Assembly (NCBI RefSeq): GCF_030028105.1
Contig: NC_092386.1
Coordinates: 14,687,258-14,751,257 of the forward strand
Origin: Mobula birostris
Taxonomy: Eukaryota
DNA: 64,000 nucleotides
Direction: 5' to 3'
Shown piece by piece: positions 49,217-63,609 of the stretch. A program made the position numbers and the translations under genes. Every line of letters starts with the position of its first letter. Position 1 is the stretch's first letter. The notes below the pieces were generated by a model. The model ran no database searches. It saw nothing but the letters and a program-made list of their open reading frames with translations, and was not told the origin of the DNA.

Positions 49217-51233
49217 GTAATTTAATAATGGCAGGAGAGTAAAATAAGTTGATAATTTTGGAAAAACAGTATTCATCGCTATTTTAGTAGCAAATTGGTA
49301 AATAATTAATATTTTCATATTTGATCTATGTTTTGGCTCTGAAGTTAGAACCCACTGTACCACTAGAACATGGAGGACTACAGCACGGTACAGGCCCTTC
49401 GGCCCACAATGCTGTGCCAGCCTTTTAATCTACTGTAAGAGCAATCACATCTTCCCTCCTTCATAGCCTTCCATTTTTTGATCATCCGTGTGCCTATTCT
49501 TTAAGTTTCTCAAATGTTTCTACTGTATCTGCCTCTAGCATCACCCACTAGTAGGGTGTCCCATGCATCTACCACTGTCTGTAAAAAGAAACACAAGCAA
49601 ACAACTACTACTTCTGACATCCTCTCTATATTTTCCTCCAATTGGCTTAAGTTTATGCCTCCCCGTATTACCACATCCACCCTGGGAAAAAGTCTTTGGC
49701 TATTCACTCAATCTATACCTCACATCATCTTGTACTCCCACATCAAGCCACCTGTCATCCTCCTTCGCTGCAAAGAGAGAAGCCCTAGCTTGCTGAACTT
49801 ATTGAGGAAAAATATGCATTATGAACCTAAGATCTTTTAATAATTGATGGAATATGAAAATATGTATCTGTCATCTTCCTGTGGGAAGCTAAGACTAAAA
49901 TTACTCCTGAGCTGAAGCTGAAAGGCAAAGCAAAGACAATTTCATTGTATTAAATCCTGACTTCTATATGACCTTTTGTATTATGTTACTTTGAGTTAGG
50001 TGCCAATATTTGATGCATTTGGGAACATGAAGTAAGGTTGTTTGGACGTAGTACAGAGTGGGGAAGTAACAAAAATACAGAAGTTGGATTGGTATTACAG
50101 GTAAAGTGGAGTGTTCTTGTTGTCAATATGGGCAGAGGAATTCATCATCAGAAAGTATGCACAGACGTAATGTATATGGATGGGTAGAAAGTCTGCTGCC
50201 TGTGCTCCGATGGTAAACTATAGGTCTCTGTACGTTTGTAGCACTAATCCATCACTTGTCAAAATGTTGTCATTTTCACTTTGCTCTCTGTTTAGGATGT
50301 AAGAAGAATCTGCCTTGGCTTTTTTTGAGCTAAGGTATACCAGACATCAGTTATTCACAGTGTAACGTACTGAAAATGTAACTATTTTATTACTGGACAA
50401 GAATGGGGGGGGGCAGAGGAGTGGTCAGGAGTGACTTAGTCCAGGAGTGACGCAGCCCACCGAAGCTAATTGTTGAATACTGTCACCCTTGGTTGTGCCT
50501 GTCCACAAGCCTCAACATGGATTACTGACTTTGAGACGAGTGCAGCAAAGTTGATTTATACACAGTGCTTCAGAACTATGTAGCTGATGCTACATTTTCA
50601 TCTTGTGATTATGTCCCATGCTTCACTCTTTTTGTGTGATTTGTCTCTTTTTGTCTGTTTTATTTATTTATTTATTGTGTTTGGGGGGGGGGTTGATTGC
50701 TTTTTCTTTGAATGGGTTGTTTCTATGTTTCTTCCTTGTTCTGTGGCTGTCTGTGGGAAGACGAATCTTAGGGTTGTATACTGCATAGGTACTTTGATAA
50801 TAAATATACCTTGAATCCTTTGAATTATTTATAATGTATGTAATTCCAGTGACCAAAACATAACATGCACAAATGCTGGAGGAACTCAACACCTCAGGCA
50901 ACATCTATGGAAAGGAATACACAGTTGATGTTTTGCATTGAGACTCTTCAATAGTCCAAAACGTTGACTGTTTATTCCCCTCCCTAGATTCTACCTGACC
51001 TACTGATCTCCTCATTATGTGTGTGTTAATGTGGATGCAGAACCTCTTGTGTTTATGAACTTGTAATCTTTTTTCCATGAAATTTATTCCAAAATGTGGA
51101 ACGTACTAATAACAGAGTAATTATTTTGTAAAGAGATAACATCCCGCTTTAATTGATTTTCTTTTGCAAAACAATTTACAAATTAATGCTGTTGTATGAT
51201 CCACCTACAAAACTCTTCCTTTTGACAATTCAG

Positions 51234-51428
51234 GCTGCCCATTGGAACAGAGTCAGTTGCCAAAGAGTAAAGGAAAATCTTCAGTAAGAACTGGTACATC
51301 TTTGGGACGAAAGTATAAAGAAAAGTCTTCAAAGGCACATGAAAATGTGAGTGCCCTACCTGCCATTGGAGGCAAGGACCAATCCCTCTTCCTTTTTCGA
51401 GCTCTGGGAAAAATTATGTATTGTAAAC
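51234..51428 (+). CDS. RAD17: RAD17 exon: (G)CPLEQSQLPKSKGK...AIGGKDQSLFLFRALGKIMYCK(R)
   Basis: 195 nt, TTCAG| ... AAC|GTAAGT. Confidence 0.96.
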
Positions 51429-54054
51429 GTAAGTTCAAGTTTTAAACAAGTGTATTTGAATCCTTTTAAATGTATTAGTTCCCTTAGATTCACAACCTAA
51501 CCAAGATTTTAATATTGTCCACAAATTTTAGAATGTACTCGTGGACTTCTTCTGCTTATTCCCCCATGTATAATTTTCAGTGCTTTATAAAAGCAATGCA
51601 ACTATGCTACAAGCTACCACTTTTAAGATCAATTTTTCTTAACCTTATTCTAAAGTAGAATGATCAGTTAGCAATTTTCTATGCCCTACGTTGTATAATG
51701 CTGAAGATTCTGTGTCATGCAAAGAAGACAGTAATAAGAGTTATTAGAAGTTGGTTATCGATGAAGCTTAAGGTAAGTGTCAAAATAAGTTTGGGTTTGT
51801 CAATCAACCATACATGAATACCCATGAATACATACTCCTGATACTCCTGGGGCAAAGTGCAAAACACACAGTACCAACAGTCATACACAGCACAACACAC
51901 AGAGCACATATAAGACAGCACACAAAAAAATGTATACTCAAGTTCCAGAGTCCATGAACGTTGCAGCAGTCTGCAGCGAATACAAGTTGTCTTCAGCCAG
52001 GCAGACACTCGGGAACAGCACCGATTCCAGCATGTACCAACCATCATCGCCTATGGTGGAGTGCAACGACTCCAGTGCCTCTCACCTGGGCGACTGAAAG
52101 AGGGTGAAAACTGTGCTTTGAGACCTCGTCCTCGCTACAACCGAGGACACGCAGTTCCCCCACAATTTGTCAAAAGCTAGTAAATCGGACTTGTAGCATT
52201 CCACATTAACAATGTCCAACAGGGTCTTGTGATCACCAGAAAAGCGATTATATTTGCTGTTAGACTGTACACCTACTCTGACGTCTTTCTGACACGGGCA
52301 CCAACATGATTGACACCAATTCCAGTTCTTTCAGTTTCTCCAGCAATAAACAACTCACCGATTGGATAGGCGAAGTACTTTCATTTCTTAATGTCCAGCA
52401 GGGTCTTGGAATCATAAAAAATACGTTTAAAAAAAAAGACAATAATACTTTTGGTGGGCCCCGTAGATGCAGCTATGTCCGAGCATGCTGCCATGCTCCT
52501 GGAGAAAGAGAACTGACAATGCATGAGGTTTATAGAAACATTTCCAGAGTGCGGAAATACTTACAAATTTCTGTAATCTCTGATTTTTCCATTATTTTAT
52601 ATTTATGTAATAAGTGTACTTAGATTGATTGGTCATTCATTCTCATGCTCTAATTCGATCCTCAAGTCTCACTACCTCCATGTCTCTTTCCTCTTTAAGA
52701 CAAATTCTTGGACAGGCTTTTATTACTTTGCCTAATTTAGCTGAATGTCCCTTTGTGACAGTCACTGAGCTCAGTCATCCCAGCTGACAGAAGGGCAGCG
52801 ACACTGGCAGGCTGCTCCCAGTACATCCTCGGACTGTTTTGGCCATTGACACAAGTGACATATTTTCCCTGTACACATCGATGTTTTGAAGTACACATGA
52901 CAAACAAAGCTAATCTCTTATCTTTATACGAGCCGAAACGTCAAGGCACAGCAAGCAGCATCACCTCTAGCCAGAGGGTGATGAATCTGTGGAATTTGTT
53001 GCCACAGGCTGCTGTGGAGGAAAGGTCATTGGGTGCACTTAAGACAAAGGTTGATATGTCCTTGGACTAGTCAAGGCGTGAAAAGTTATGGGGAGGAGGC
53101 AGTAGAATGAAGTTGGGAGGGAATTGGATTGACCATGATGAAAAAAATGAAGCAGACTCAATGGGCCGAATGGCCTAATTCTACTCCTATATTTTAAGGT
53201 CTTATGGTCTCTCTGTAGGCTCTCTGAGTCAAACACCAGCCTAATGAGACGATTAATAGCCAGACCTTCATTGTCATTGTGCCTAAACCTTCGAGTCCCC
53301 TCTTCAAAAACATACCTTAACTGGAAGGATGCATGAATTATCTTTCTGTGGGCACCATTGTTCCCACTAAGCTGTGCATTAACTAAAATGCTCCTGCACA
53401 CATAGCCTTTGTTGCCACACAGCTGAAATTGGACACAGCTAGAAGAAGTTCACCAAACATGAAAGATTTTCTTTGTTGTGCTATACTTCATTACACCATT
53501 CAATTACTAAATAAAATCAAATATATGTGATTTTTGAATTTGCATTCTAAATATTCATAGTTTGCATATTACAAAACAAACAAACGTTTAAAATACCACT
53601 CAGATTTCAGGCTGTTTAAAAATTCCCCGCGCAGAACAATGATTGCTTCTTTCAGCTCTTCTTTTAAAAAAAAGTAGAGGGAGCATTGGTGGGTATAATA
53701 CTTCAAGCAGACACATTTTCTTATTTGCCACCAGGTGGTGGTGTTGGAAAATATGAGATTACTTTCCCAAAACAATTTGCATCATATAGCAGAAAGGCTT
53801 CTCAGTTAATTCTGGATGTTGAGATAAAGAAGGAATGTAAAACTATAGGTCACTGGGCCCCTCAAACCTGCCCTATTGTAATTATGACTGATCTGCCCTA
53901 GGGCTCACCTCTTCCTCTGTCCCAACTCCTTATGGTCGTCAATAACATGACCTTTCAAATGTTTGTCTGTTTCTGTTTATACACTCCCCGGTGATGAAGC
54001 CTCCACAGCCCTTTAGGCAGAGATTTCCACCTTTTGTAATAAGTTTCCACTAGC

Positions 54055-54280
54055 AAGAGAACCTCAAATGCTGGAGGAACTCAGTAGGCCAGGTAGCATC
54101 TATGGAAAAGAATAAACAATCGACGTTCCCGACCAAGACGTGAGTCCTGATGAAGGGTCTTGACCCGAAATGTCGACTGTTCACTCTTAGCCATAGATGT
54201 TACCTGGCCTGCTGAGTTCCTCTACCATTTTGTGTGTGTTGCTTTGACTTCCAGCATCTGCAGATTTTCTCTTGTTTGTG
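54055..54280. mobile_element. Palindromic Penelope-derived repeat with a hammerhead-like core (54147-54177)
   Basis: AAATGCTGGAGGAACTCAG...CTGATGAAGGGTCTTGACCCGAAATGTCGAC...CTGAGTTCCTCTACCATTTT. Similar decayed palindromes at about 17195-17290, 22230-22330 and 50860-51050. Confidence 0.7.
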
Positions 54281-55197
54281 AAGTTTCTATACTGTATGAC
54301 TCAGTTTTAGAGTAATTGAAAACTCCAGCACAGATACAGGTTCCTTAGTTCATGCTGAACCATATAAACTGCGTAGTCCACCGACCTGCACCTGGACCAT
54401 AGACCTCCATACTCCTCCATCCATGTACCTACCCAATTTCTCTTAAATGTTGAAATTGAATTTGCATCCACCACTTGTGCCGGCAGCTCATTCCATACAC
54501 TAACCATGATCTGAGTGAAGAAATTTCCCGTCATGTTCCCCTTAAACCCTTAATCCATGACTTTTAGTTGTGGTGTCACCCAACCTCAGTAGAAAAAGCC
54601 TGCTTGCATTTACCCTATCTATACCCCTCATAATTTTGTATACCTCTATCAAATCTCCCCTCAATCTTCTACATTCTAGGGAATAAAGTTCAATCTTTCC
54701 TTATTTACATCTTTCCTGTAGGTGGGTGACTACTTGATTGACCACTGCCTAACTTTGTAACTACTTCTCATTTGAGGCTCTCTCACTAGTGGAAATATCT
54801 CACCATCCTCTCTTTCACTCTCCTTTAGGATCTTCTGTTTTCAACAATATCACCCTTCATTCTAAACTCAGAAGAAGTGGAGATGTGGTTAAAGGATTTG
54901 TTTTTAGTGAGGAACTTAAAGGGGGAAAGGAAGATGAAGATAGACCAATTCAAGAAAATAGAGGATTAAGTTTTGGCTTTGTGGAGTGTATTTAGGGAAA
55001 GGTGAAGTGACAGAATGGATTTCAGATCTACAGACCAAGACAACGGATTTAGTGGATCCATGGATGAGAAGGGAGCAAGGAGAGTTGAGACGTTGGTGCA
55101 TTATAGGGCTGACAGGGATCTCAAATATCTAACTTGCTGATGATACAGGAACTTGAAGATGCAATGAGAGTTTGAAATTGGAGCATTGCTAACCACA

Positions 55198-56825
55198 CAG
55201 TGGTGCCAGAAAGTTTTGTGAACCCTGTAGAATTTTCTCTATTTCTTTATTAATATGGCCTAAAATGTGATCAGACCTTACCATAAGTCCTAAAACTAGA
55301 TAAAGATGACCCAATTAAATAAATAACACAAAAAGCATTTTACATGCTCATTTATTTATTGAGAAAAATGATCCAATATTACATGTATTCGTTGGGAAAA
55401 GTATGTGAACCTCTAGGATAATGCCTTCTACAAAAGCTATTTGGAGTCAGGCGTTCCAAGCAATCAGATGAGATTGGAGATGTGGGCTGTAGAGGTGCCC
55501 TGCCTTATAAAAAAGACACACAAAAGTCATGTTACTTACAGAGCCTGCTGTTCTCAAGAAAGATCTGTTTATCTGCACCATGCCTTGATCAAAACAACTT
55601 TCAGAGGACCTTAAAAGAAGAATTGTAGACAGGCATGAAGCTGGAAAAGGCTACAAAAGCATTTCTAAAGACCTGAGTGTTCATCAGTCCACAGTAAGAG
55701 AAATTGTCTACAGATGGAGGAAACTCAGTACTGTTGCTACTCTCTCTAGGAGTGGGCAACCTGCAAAGATCACACTAAGAGCACAACATGCAATGCCGAA
55801 GGAGGTGAAAAAGATCCCAAGGGTAACAGCAAAAGACCTGCAGAAATCTCTAGAACTTGCTTAAGTTTCTGTTCATGTGTCCACTATAAGAAAAACACTG
55901 AACGAGAATGGTGTTCATGGAAGGACGCCGTGGAGGAAACCACTACTCTCTTTAAAAAAACATTGCTGAATGTCTCAAGTTTGCAAAAGACCATCTAGAT
56001 GTTCTAAAATGCTTCTGGGACAACGTTCTGTGGACAGATGAGACAAAAGAACTTTTTGGCAAAAAGGCACACTGCTGTTAGGAGGGAAAAGGGCACTGCA
56101 CACCGACACCAAAACCTCAACCCAACTGTGAAGCACGGTGGAAGGAGCATCATAGTTTGGAGCTGCTTTGCTGCATCAGGGTCTGAAAAGCTTGCAATCA
56201 TTGAGGGATCAATGAATTCCAAATTGTATCAAGACATTTTACAGGAGAAAGTCAGGGTAGCAGACCGTCACCAGAAGCTTAATAGAAGTTAGGTAATGCA
56301 ACAAGGCAATGATCCGAAAGGCAAGAGTAAATCAACAACAGAATGGTAAAAAAAAGAAGAAAGTTCATGTTTTAGAATGGCTGAGTCAAAGTCCTGACAA
56401 CCCTATAGAAATGTTGAGGAAGGACCTGAAGCAAGCAGTTCATGCAAGGAAGCCCACCAACACCCTAGAGTTGAAGCAGTTTTGTAAGGAGGAATGGCCT
56501 AAGATTCCTCCAAGCAGGACTGGTCAACAGTTACTGGAAATGTTTGGTTGAAGTTATTGTTGTATAAGGGGTTGGGTGGGAAGGTGGTGGTCACACCATT
56601 TACTGAAAACAAAGGTTCGCATACTTTTCTCCAGCAAATACATGTAATATTGTATCATTTTTCTCAATAAATGAATGAACAAGTATAATTTTTTGTGTTA
56701 TTTATTTAATTGGGTTCTCTTTATCCAGTTTTAGGACTGACATGAAGATCTGTTCACATTTTAGGTCATATTTATGCAGAAATAGAGAAAATTTTACAGG
56801 GTTCACAAACTTCCTTGCACCACTG
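55198..56825 (+). mobile_element. Full-length (1628 bp) but inactivated Tc1-family IR/DR transposon in a RAD17 intron
   Basis: About 210-bp TIRs (CAGTGGTGCCAGAAAGTTTTGTGAACCCTGTAG... / ...CAGGGTTCACAAACTTCCTTGCACCACTG). Transposase from ATG near 55580 with stops and frameshifts. WTDE, PTVKHGG and SQSPDNPIE remnants. Confidence 0.93.
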
Positions 56826-57863
56826 CAGCTGGCGAAAGTCATTGAGGATGGGGATTTCAGAACACAGAACATTGCAGAACAATAAACGTACTTCAGCCCA
56901 TGATGTGTCGACCTTTTAACCTACTCTAAGGTCAATCTAGCCCTTCCCTTGTACATAGCCCTCCATTTTCCTATCATCCATGTGCCTATCTAATAGTTTC
57001 TTAAATGTTCCTAACATATCTGGCACTACCACCTCCTTGGCAGCACTTTCCATGCATTCTTTACTCTGTGTGTGTAAAAGAAAAGCTTACCTCTGACATT
57101 CCCTCTATAATTTCCTCCAATTAGCTTAAAATTATGTCCTCATTTTGTTGTATGAAAATTAGTGCATGTTTAGTTATAGGGAAAAGGTGAAAATCAGATG
57201 AAATTAAAATGAATACGAATTTTTTTCTGTTTTTAATTTATGTTTTTTGTGCTGCTTATCTTAATTTAACTATTTGATATATATATTTACTGTAATTAAA
57301 ATTTTCATGTTTATTATGAGTTGCATTATATTGCTGCCGCTAAGTTAACAAATTTCATGACGTAGGCCAGTGATATTAAACCTGATTCTATGTCCGATTC
57401 TGATTCTGAATGACAATGTGTGTTTGAAGCCACCACAAAAATTATCTCCTGTAGATCGCTGAGATTTAGAAACCATAGAAAAACTACAGCACAGAAACAG
57501 GCCTTTTGGCACTTCTTGGCTGTGCCGAACCATCTTCTGCCTAGTCCCACTGACCTGCACACGGACCATATCTCTCCATACACCTCCCATCCATGTATCT
57601 GTCCAATTTATTCTTAAATGTTAAAAAAGAACCCGCATTTACCACCTTGTCTGGCAGCTCATTCCATACTCCCACCACTCTCTGTGTGAAGAAGCCCCCC
57701 CCTAATGTTCCCTTTAAACTTTTCCCCCCTCACCCTTAACCCATGTCCTCTGGTTTTTTTCTCCCCTTGCCTCAGACTTTTTCAGCAGTGAAGTAGATTT
57801 TTCAGTCTAATGTTGTGAGTTAAAATTGACCAACTGTAAATAATGGACAATTTTCCTTTGAAG

Positions 57864-57949
57864 GAGAGCCATCCACTGACGTGCATTTGAATCCATTACC
57901 AACTCATTTATCTGAGCATCAGAGGGATCCGCTCCTGGTCAATCCAGAG
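57864..57949 (+). CDS. RAD17: RAD17 exon: (R)EPSTDVHLNPLPTHLSEHQRDPLLVNPE
   Basis: 86 nt, TTTGAAG| ... GAG|GTAAGC. Matches LPSHLSEYERDTLLVEPE. Confidence 0.95.
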
Positions 57950-58208
57950 GTAAGCGTAATCTTCATCACAAATATGAAGGAGAAGGATGTGTCAAATACT
58001 CTAGTGTTGATCCTATCTTCTGATATTTGAGGATTCAATTCTTCACCATATCAGTGGACTCGTATCAGTTTTGTGGTGGCATTTAGGGTGAAGGATAGTC
58101 CAAGGAAGTTCCTGCCTGCTGGCTGTGTCATAGGGCCTGTTACTGCAAGGGCAGAATAAGAGTAACCTATCATGTTTTAATGATTTTTATGTTTTATTTG
58201 TATTTCAG

Positions 58209-58355
58209 GAGGTAATTGAAAATTCACATATGTCTGAGGAGTTGTTTAATCTTTACCTCCACCAGAATTATGTTGATTTCTTCAGTGACATAGATGACAT
58301 AGTGCGTGCTAGTGACTACCTCAGTGATGCGGACTTCCTAACAGTAGATTGGAGT
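58209..58355 (+). CDS. RAD17: RAD17 exon: EVIENSHMSEELFNLYLHQNYVDFFSDIDDIVRASDYLSDADFLTVDWS
   Basis: 147 nt, TTTCAG| ... AGT|GTAAGT. Confidence 0.97.
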
Positions 58356-60640
58356 GTAAGTAACAAACATTGTGTAACTGGTAATCATTTACTGATTCAT
58401 GAGCCAGGCTGTTGCGTAGCTGATAGGCAAGCGCTGCGCTGCTACGTTACAACCATGGCTACAATTCAAAAGTGCTTGGTTGCCCATGAATCAGTTCTAA
58501 TGCCCTGAGCTTATGATGGGTGAGAGGTGAGGGAGTGGCTTTGCCTTTGCCCATTCATTTATTGCCATCGGTAATGAAAGAAATCTGTTTCGACTTTTTC
58601 AAAACTGTCAATAATGTTCTTAGTGTAATGCTATTACACCTTGGAACGCCAGAGGTCAGAGTTCAATTCCAATGGTATCTGTAACGAGTCTGTATGTTCT
58701 CCCAGTGGAATGTGTGGGTTTCCTCCTTCAGGCCAAAGACATACCATGTACCGATTAGTAGGTTAGTTAGTTATTGTCCAAAAATCTCCTTTCTTACCAT
58801 TACGGTCATTTTTAAAACTTCTCTTGAATTGATTTTGCTCTAAAATTCCAATACTTATATCCACTCTGCAATTCCTACCTCTGTGAAAAGAGTAATCCCA
58901 AGATGTTGTATTATAATAATACAATAGTAGAATTAGAACTTTGAATGGTACAGGCCCTTCGGCCCACAATGTTGTGCTGACCTTTTAACTTCCTCCAAGA
59001 TCAATCTAACCTTTCCCTCCCACATAGCCCTCCATTTCTCTATCCATGTGCTCATCTAAGAGTCTGTTAAATGACGCTGACCTAGCTGCCTTTACCACCA
59101 CCACTGGCAGGATGTTCCACGTGCTCACCACTCGCTGTGTAACAACAAAAACAACCTACTTCTGACATGTCCCCATATACTTTCCCCCAGTCACTTTAAA
59201 TCGTGCCTCCCGGTATTCACCATTGTTTGTATTAAATCGAGTCAATCATTATTTGTTTAATTTGTTGCAGAATGTTTGCTTCACCTTCCTGAACCAAAAT
59301 GGTTTATTAAGTAGTTTTCACAGTTTCCCTAACCCATTCCTGATACATTAAAGATAGGCTCTGGAATGTAGACAAGTATAAACAATTCTTTTTGAAGTTC
59401 TTCATATGTTTTTGGAACTCTTCCTCAAAGGAGGCAGAATATTTAAATATTCTTAAGGCAAAGATTCCTGATGAGTAGAATGAGAAGATGGTGGAGGTAA
59501 GCAGGAATCTGGGATGGAGATTACCATGACCTTATCAAATGGCAGGGTAGGCTAGAGTGACCATGTGGCTGAATACACCTACCACACTTTGGCTCATATT
59601 TTGTATTCTAATTGTTATGGGTGATAAAAGAACCCTAAAATTGAATAGATGTACCCAAGAGTTTTTGAGCAGAGGAGGACTCTTTAACACAACAACTTAT
59701 GAAATGTCTGGGACTCCTGAATCTTGGCACAGGGAACAAAATCCAGAAAATTATCCTGAACCCAGCAAAGTACTGGTTAACACCATCAAACGGTCTGCTG
59801 GAGGAACCCCAGTGGGTTGAACGGCAACTGTGACGGGAAAGGAATTAACGTACGACATAGGACAGCACAGCAGGATAAGGCCCTTAGGGCCACGATGTTG
59901 TGCCAACCTTTTAACCTACTCTATCAATCTAACCATTCCCTCCTGCATAGCCCTCCATTTTACATTTATCCATGTGCTTACCTAAGAGTCTGTTAAATCT
60001 CCCTAATGTGTCTACCTCTACCACCATACCTGGCAGGGTGGCACGGTACTGTAGTGGTTAGCACAACAGCCAACAATACCAGTGACGTGGGTTCAATTCC
60101 CGCTGCTGCCTCTAAAGAGTTTGTACTTTCTCCCTGTGACCACATGGGTTTCCTTTGGGTACTCCGGTTTCTTCCCACAGTCCAAAGCCTGGCATTGATT
60201 AGACTATGATTAAATCAGGGGGTGCTGGGCAGTGCATGTCAAAGGGCTTATTCTGCGCTGTATCTCAATAAATAAATAAGATTCCTCTGTTCCTCCACAA
60301 TGCTAAGAATCCTGCCATTAACCCTATACTCTGCCTTCAAGTTTGACCAGCGGTTGTCGTTTTGGGTGGAAACCCCGCCGATTCCAGCAGTTGCATTCTC
60401 CTGTGTCTCCCGAGTACTATTTAATCCCTAGCTGAGGCATTATGTCCACTGCTGAAGCCCATGCTTTGCGTGACAAGACGACTTTGAAATATAACCTCAT
60501 TGGGTTGGGCAATATATGAAATTCTACAGCACTCTAATTTTCACACAGGTTACATTTTGTGAGTATAGGACATGTTCAAACTAAATCTTATAGTGAGTTT
60601 TGACAAACGTCTTATTTATCTGGTTCTATGACTTCCTTAG

Positions 60641-60787
60641 CATCGTTCAACCATGTGGAAATATAGTGCGTCTGTGGCAACCAGAGGGCTGATTCATTCC
60701 AACAGAGCTCGAGCTTGGGCTAATTGTAAAGGAGGAGCTGGTTTCAAACCTTTGCACAAACCACAGTGGCTATCAATAAACAAAAAG
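60641..60787 (+). CDS. RAD17: RAD17 exon: HRSTMWKYSASVATRGLIHSNRARAWANCKGGAGFKPLHKPQWLSINKK
   Basis: 147 nt, CCTTAG| ... AAG|GTACGG. Carries the ATRG..HSN and FxPLHKPQW motifs. Confidence 0.96.
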
Positions 60788-61872
60788 GTACGGGCAGAAC
60801 TGGTTTGACTGATAAATTCAGCTGGCGTTCTGGTTACAGTTTAACAGAATCTGATCAACCTAGTATAGCTTAGCAATGGGCTTGTACTAATGAATTCTAA
60901 CTGCTGAGGTTGAAGAACTGTGTGTGTATGTGTGTGGGTGAATGGGTGGTGGCGGTTTGCTGGCAAGGAGCACTGAGCTTGTTTTGCTGAGTTATTTTGT
61001 TGCTTACTATATTCTTCGTTGTTCTGCCAAGCTTTCTGGGCATGCCATATTGGTGTCGGAATGGGTGACAATACTTGCGGGCTGCTCCCTGCACATCCTT
61101 AGATGGTATTGGTTGTTCACACAAACGATGTATTTCACTGTAGATGCTAAATCTGCTGGTTTGGTTTTGTGGCATTATGCTATTATAAGACCACAGAACA
61201 TTACAGCACAGTACAGGCCCTTCGGCTCACAATGTTGTGCTGACCTTTTAACCTAATCTAAGATCAATCGAACCCTTCCCTCCTACATAACCCTCAATTT
61301 TTCTATCATGCATCAGCCTATCTAAAAGTTTCTTAAATGCCCCCAAAGTATCTGCCTCTACCAGCAGCCCTGGCAGGGCATTTCATGCACCCACCCAGAT
61401 AAAATTCTTGTGTTTTAAAAAGAAACTCACCTCTGACATCCTCCCTATACTTTCCTCCAATCACCTTAAAATTATGCCTGCTTGCATTAGCCATTTCCAC
61501 CCTGGGAAAATGTCTCTGGCTGTCCACTTTGTCTATGCCTCTTATTATCAAGTCAGTTCTCATCCTCCCTCCGTCGCTTCAGAGAGAAAAACCCAGTTCA
61601 CGCAAGCTATCAGCATAGAACACGCTCTCAAATCCAAAAGTGATATCTCCAACAAAGGGTCAGGACATTGGCATTGTTGGTTTCTCATTGTTGTCCAGCT
61701 CTTACATTTGGCTTGTTAGAAACATCAGCTTAATTTTCTTGGACATTAATGTACCTGAGAGACTCTGTGCAAATAGCACTACTGAGACAGTCCTTTCAGC
61801 GAATTCTTGGTTATGATAGTTCATATGGTACATGGTAATTAAAAACCAAAATTCTTTTCTTTGTTGTTTCAG

Positions 61873-61993
61873 TATAAAGAAAATTGTCTTGCCGCCAAGG
61901 GTTTCTTCTCGAACTTCTGTTTAGCCCCACTTTGCCTTCAGACTGAGCTATTACCATACCTAGCGCTACTGACAAACCCCATGAGAAATCAAG
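61873..61993 (+). CDS. RAD17: RAD17 exon: YKENCLAAKGFFSNFCLAPLCLQTELLPYLALLTNPMRNQ; the gene continues beyond the window
   Basis: 121 nt, TTTCAG| ... AAG|GTAAGA. Matches YRENCLAAK...LLPYLALLTIPMRNQ. Confidence 0.96.
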
Positions 61994-63609
61994 GTAAGAT
62001 GAAAAATATTAACAGGATGAGCTTTTTTCCAGTTGTAGCATATAATTTCATAGAAGTTTGATACAATAATGTGTAGCAAAATAGTGCAAATCTGTATTCA
62101 GTGCTCCATATTACATGTGCATTGAAGGACATAGAACATGACAGCACAATACAAGTTCTTCAGCCCACAATGCTTGTGTACCCTTTAACCTATTCTAAGA
62201 TCAACCTAACCCTTCCCTTCCTTTTCTTTCATCCATATGCCTATCTTAAGAGTCTCTTAAATCTCCTTAAGGTATCTGCCTCTACTACCAGAGGAAAAGT
62301 ATAAATTTTGTTTTCATCATAACCCGTAACTTGCAAAACGCAGTCTCCAGCTGCAGAAGCACGTGTATATTTTAGGTAGTGTTGCTCTTCCCTGGTTTTG
62401 TATTGAAAATTGGAACTTGCGTGCAGTTGAGATCATTTTAAGTAGACTTAGACTGGAAATATTCTATCCTTATGCAAGTAAACTGTGCATTGGGCTGCCA
62501 AATTTGCTTTTTATTTATTTGGATATAGCACCAAATTGGCCCTCTTGGCCCTTCAAGCCCCGCTGCCAGCAACCCATCAATTTAACCCTAGCTTATTCAC
62601 GGGGCAAGTTACAATGACCCAGTACATGTTTGGACTGTGGGAAGAGATTGGAGCACCCGGAGGAAATCCCCACATTCCACAGGGAGGATGTATAAACTCC
62701 TTACAGAGGATGCCGGGATTGGACTCTGAACTCCAATGCCCCGAGCTGCCGTGGCTTTGCGCTGACCACTCCGCTACCATGGCAAATATTGATGTGGAGC
62801 TACAGACTTTACTAATTTCCATCTCTGCCCTAAGTCAGAAAACAGTGTGGTGATATTCCCGAGCTTGTATTCATCAAATAGAAAGCATATTGTGAATAAT
62901 GGTTTAAACATGGATGTCCGTATGGTAGAAGCACTAATGATAAGGACTTCCAGTACCCAGGGCATGCCCTTTTCTCACTGTTACCATCAGGTAGGAGGTA
63001 CAGAAGCCTGAAGGCTCACACTCAGTGACTCAGGAACAGCTTCTTCCCCTCGGCCATCCGATTCCTAAATGGACACTGAACCCTCACTTTCTTTTCAAGT
63101 ATATAGTATTTGCATGTTTTTTTAATCTATTCAATATACCTATACTGTAATTGATTTACTTATTTATTTCTTATTATTATTTTCTATATCATGTATTGCA
63201 TTGAACTGCTGCTGCTAAGTTAACAAATTTCACGTCACATGAACCTGATTCTGATATCTAAAGCAGGTTGTGGAGTCGTTGGAAGATTCATTTTCTAACT
63301 CCCTCAAACTCTCAGAAAATAATCTGTTCACTGTGAAGATGACTGTCTTTTCTCAAGTAACCTAAAGTAACTTTGTATTTGATAAGTCAGTCAGGTTTAT
63401 TCTCACTGATATGTTGTGAAATTTGTTGTTTTGCGACAGCATTACAGTAAGAGACAAAAAATACTAATAAGTTCTTAAAAAAAAGGTCAAAAGTGGAATA
63501 ATGCAATAGTAATGAAGGAATCTGGTGGTGGAGGAGAAGAAGCTGTTCCTCAAATGTTGAATGTGGGTCTTCCAGCTCCTGTACTACTTCTGGTAATAAT
63601 GAGAAGAGG

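Noticed and set aside
55580-56560. Functional Tc1 transposase
   Set aside because: There is a TGA at codon 3, multiple frameshifts, and the second catalytic region reads QQGND.
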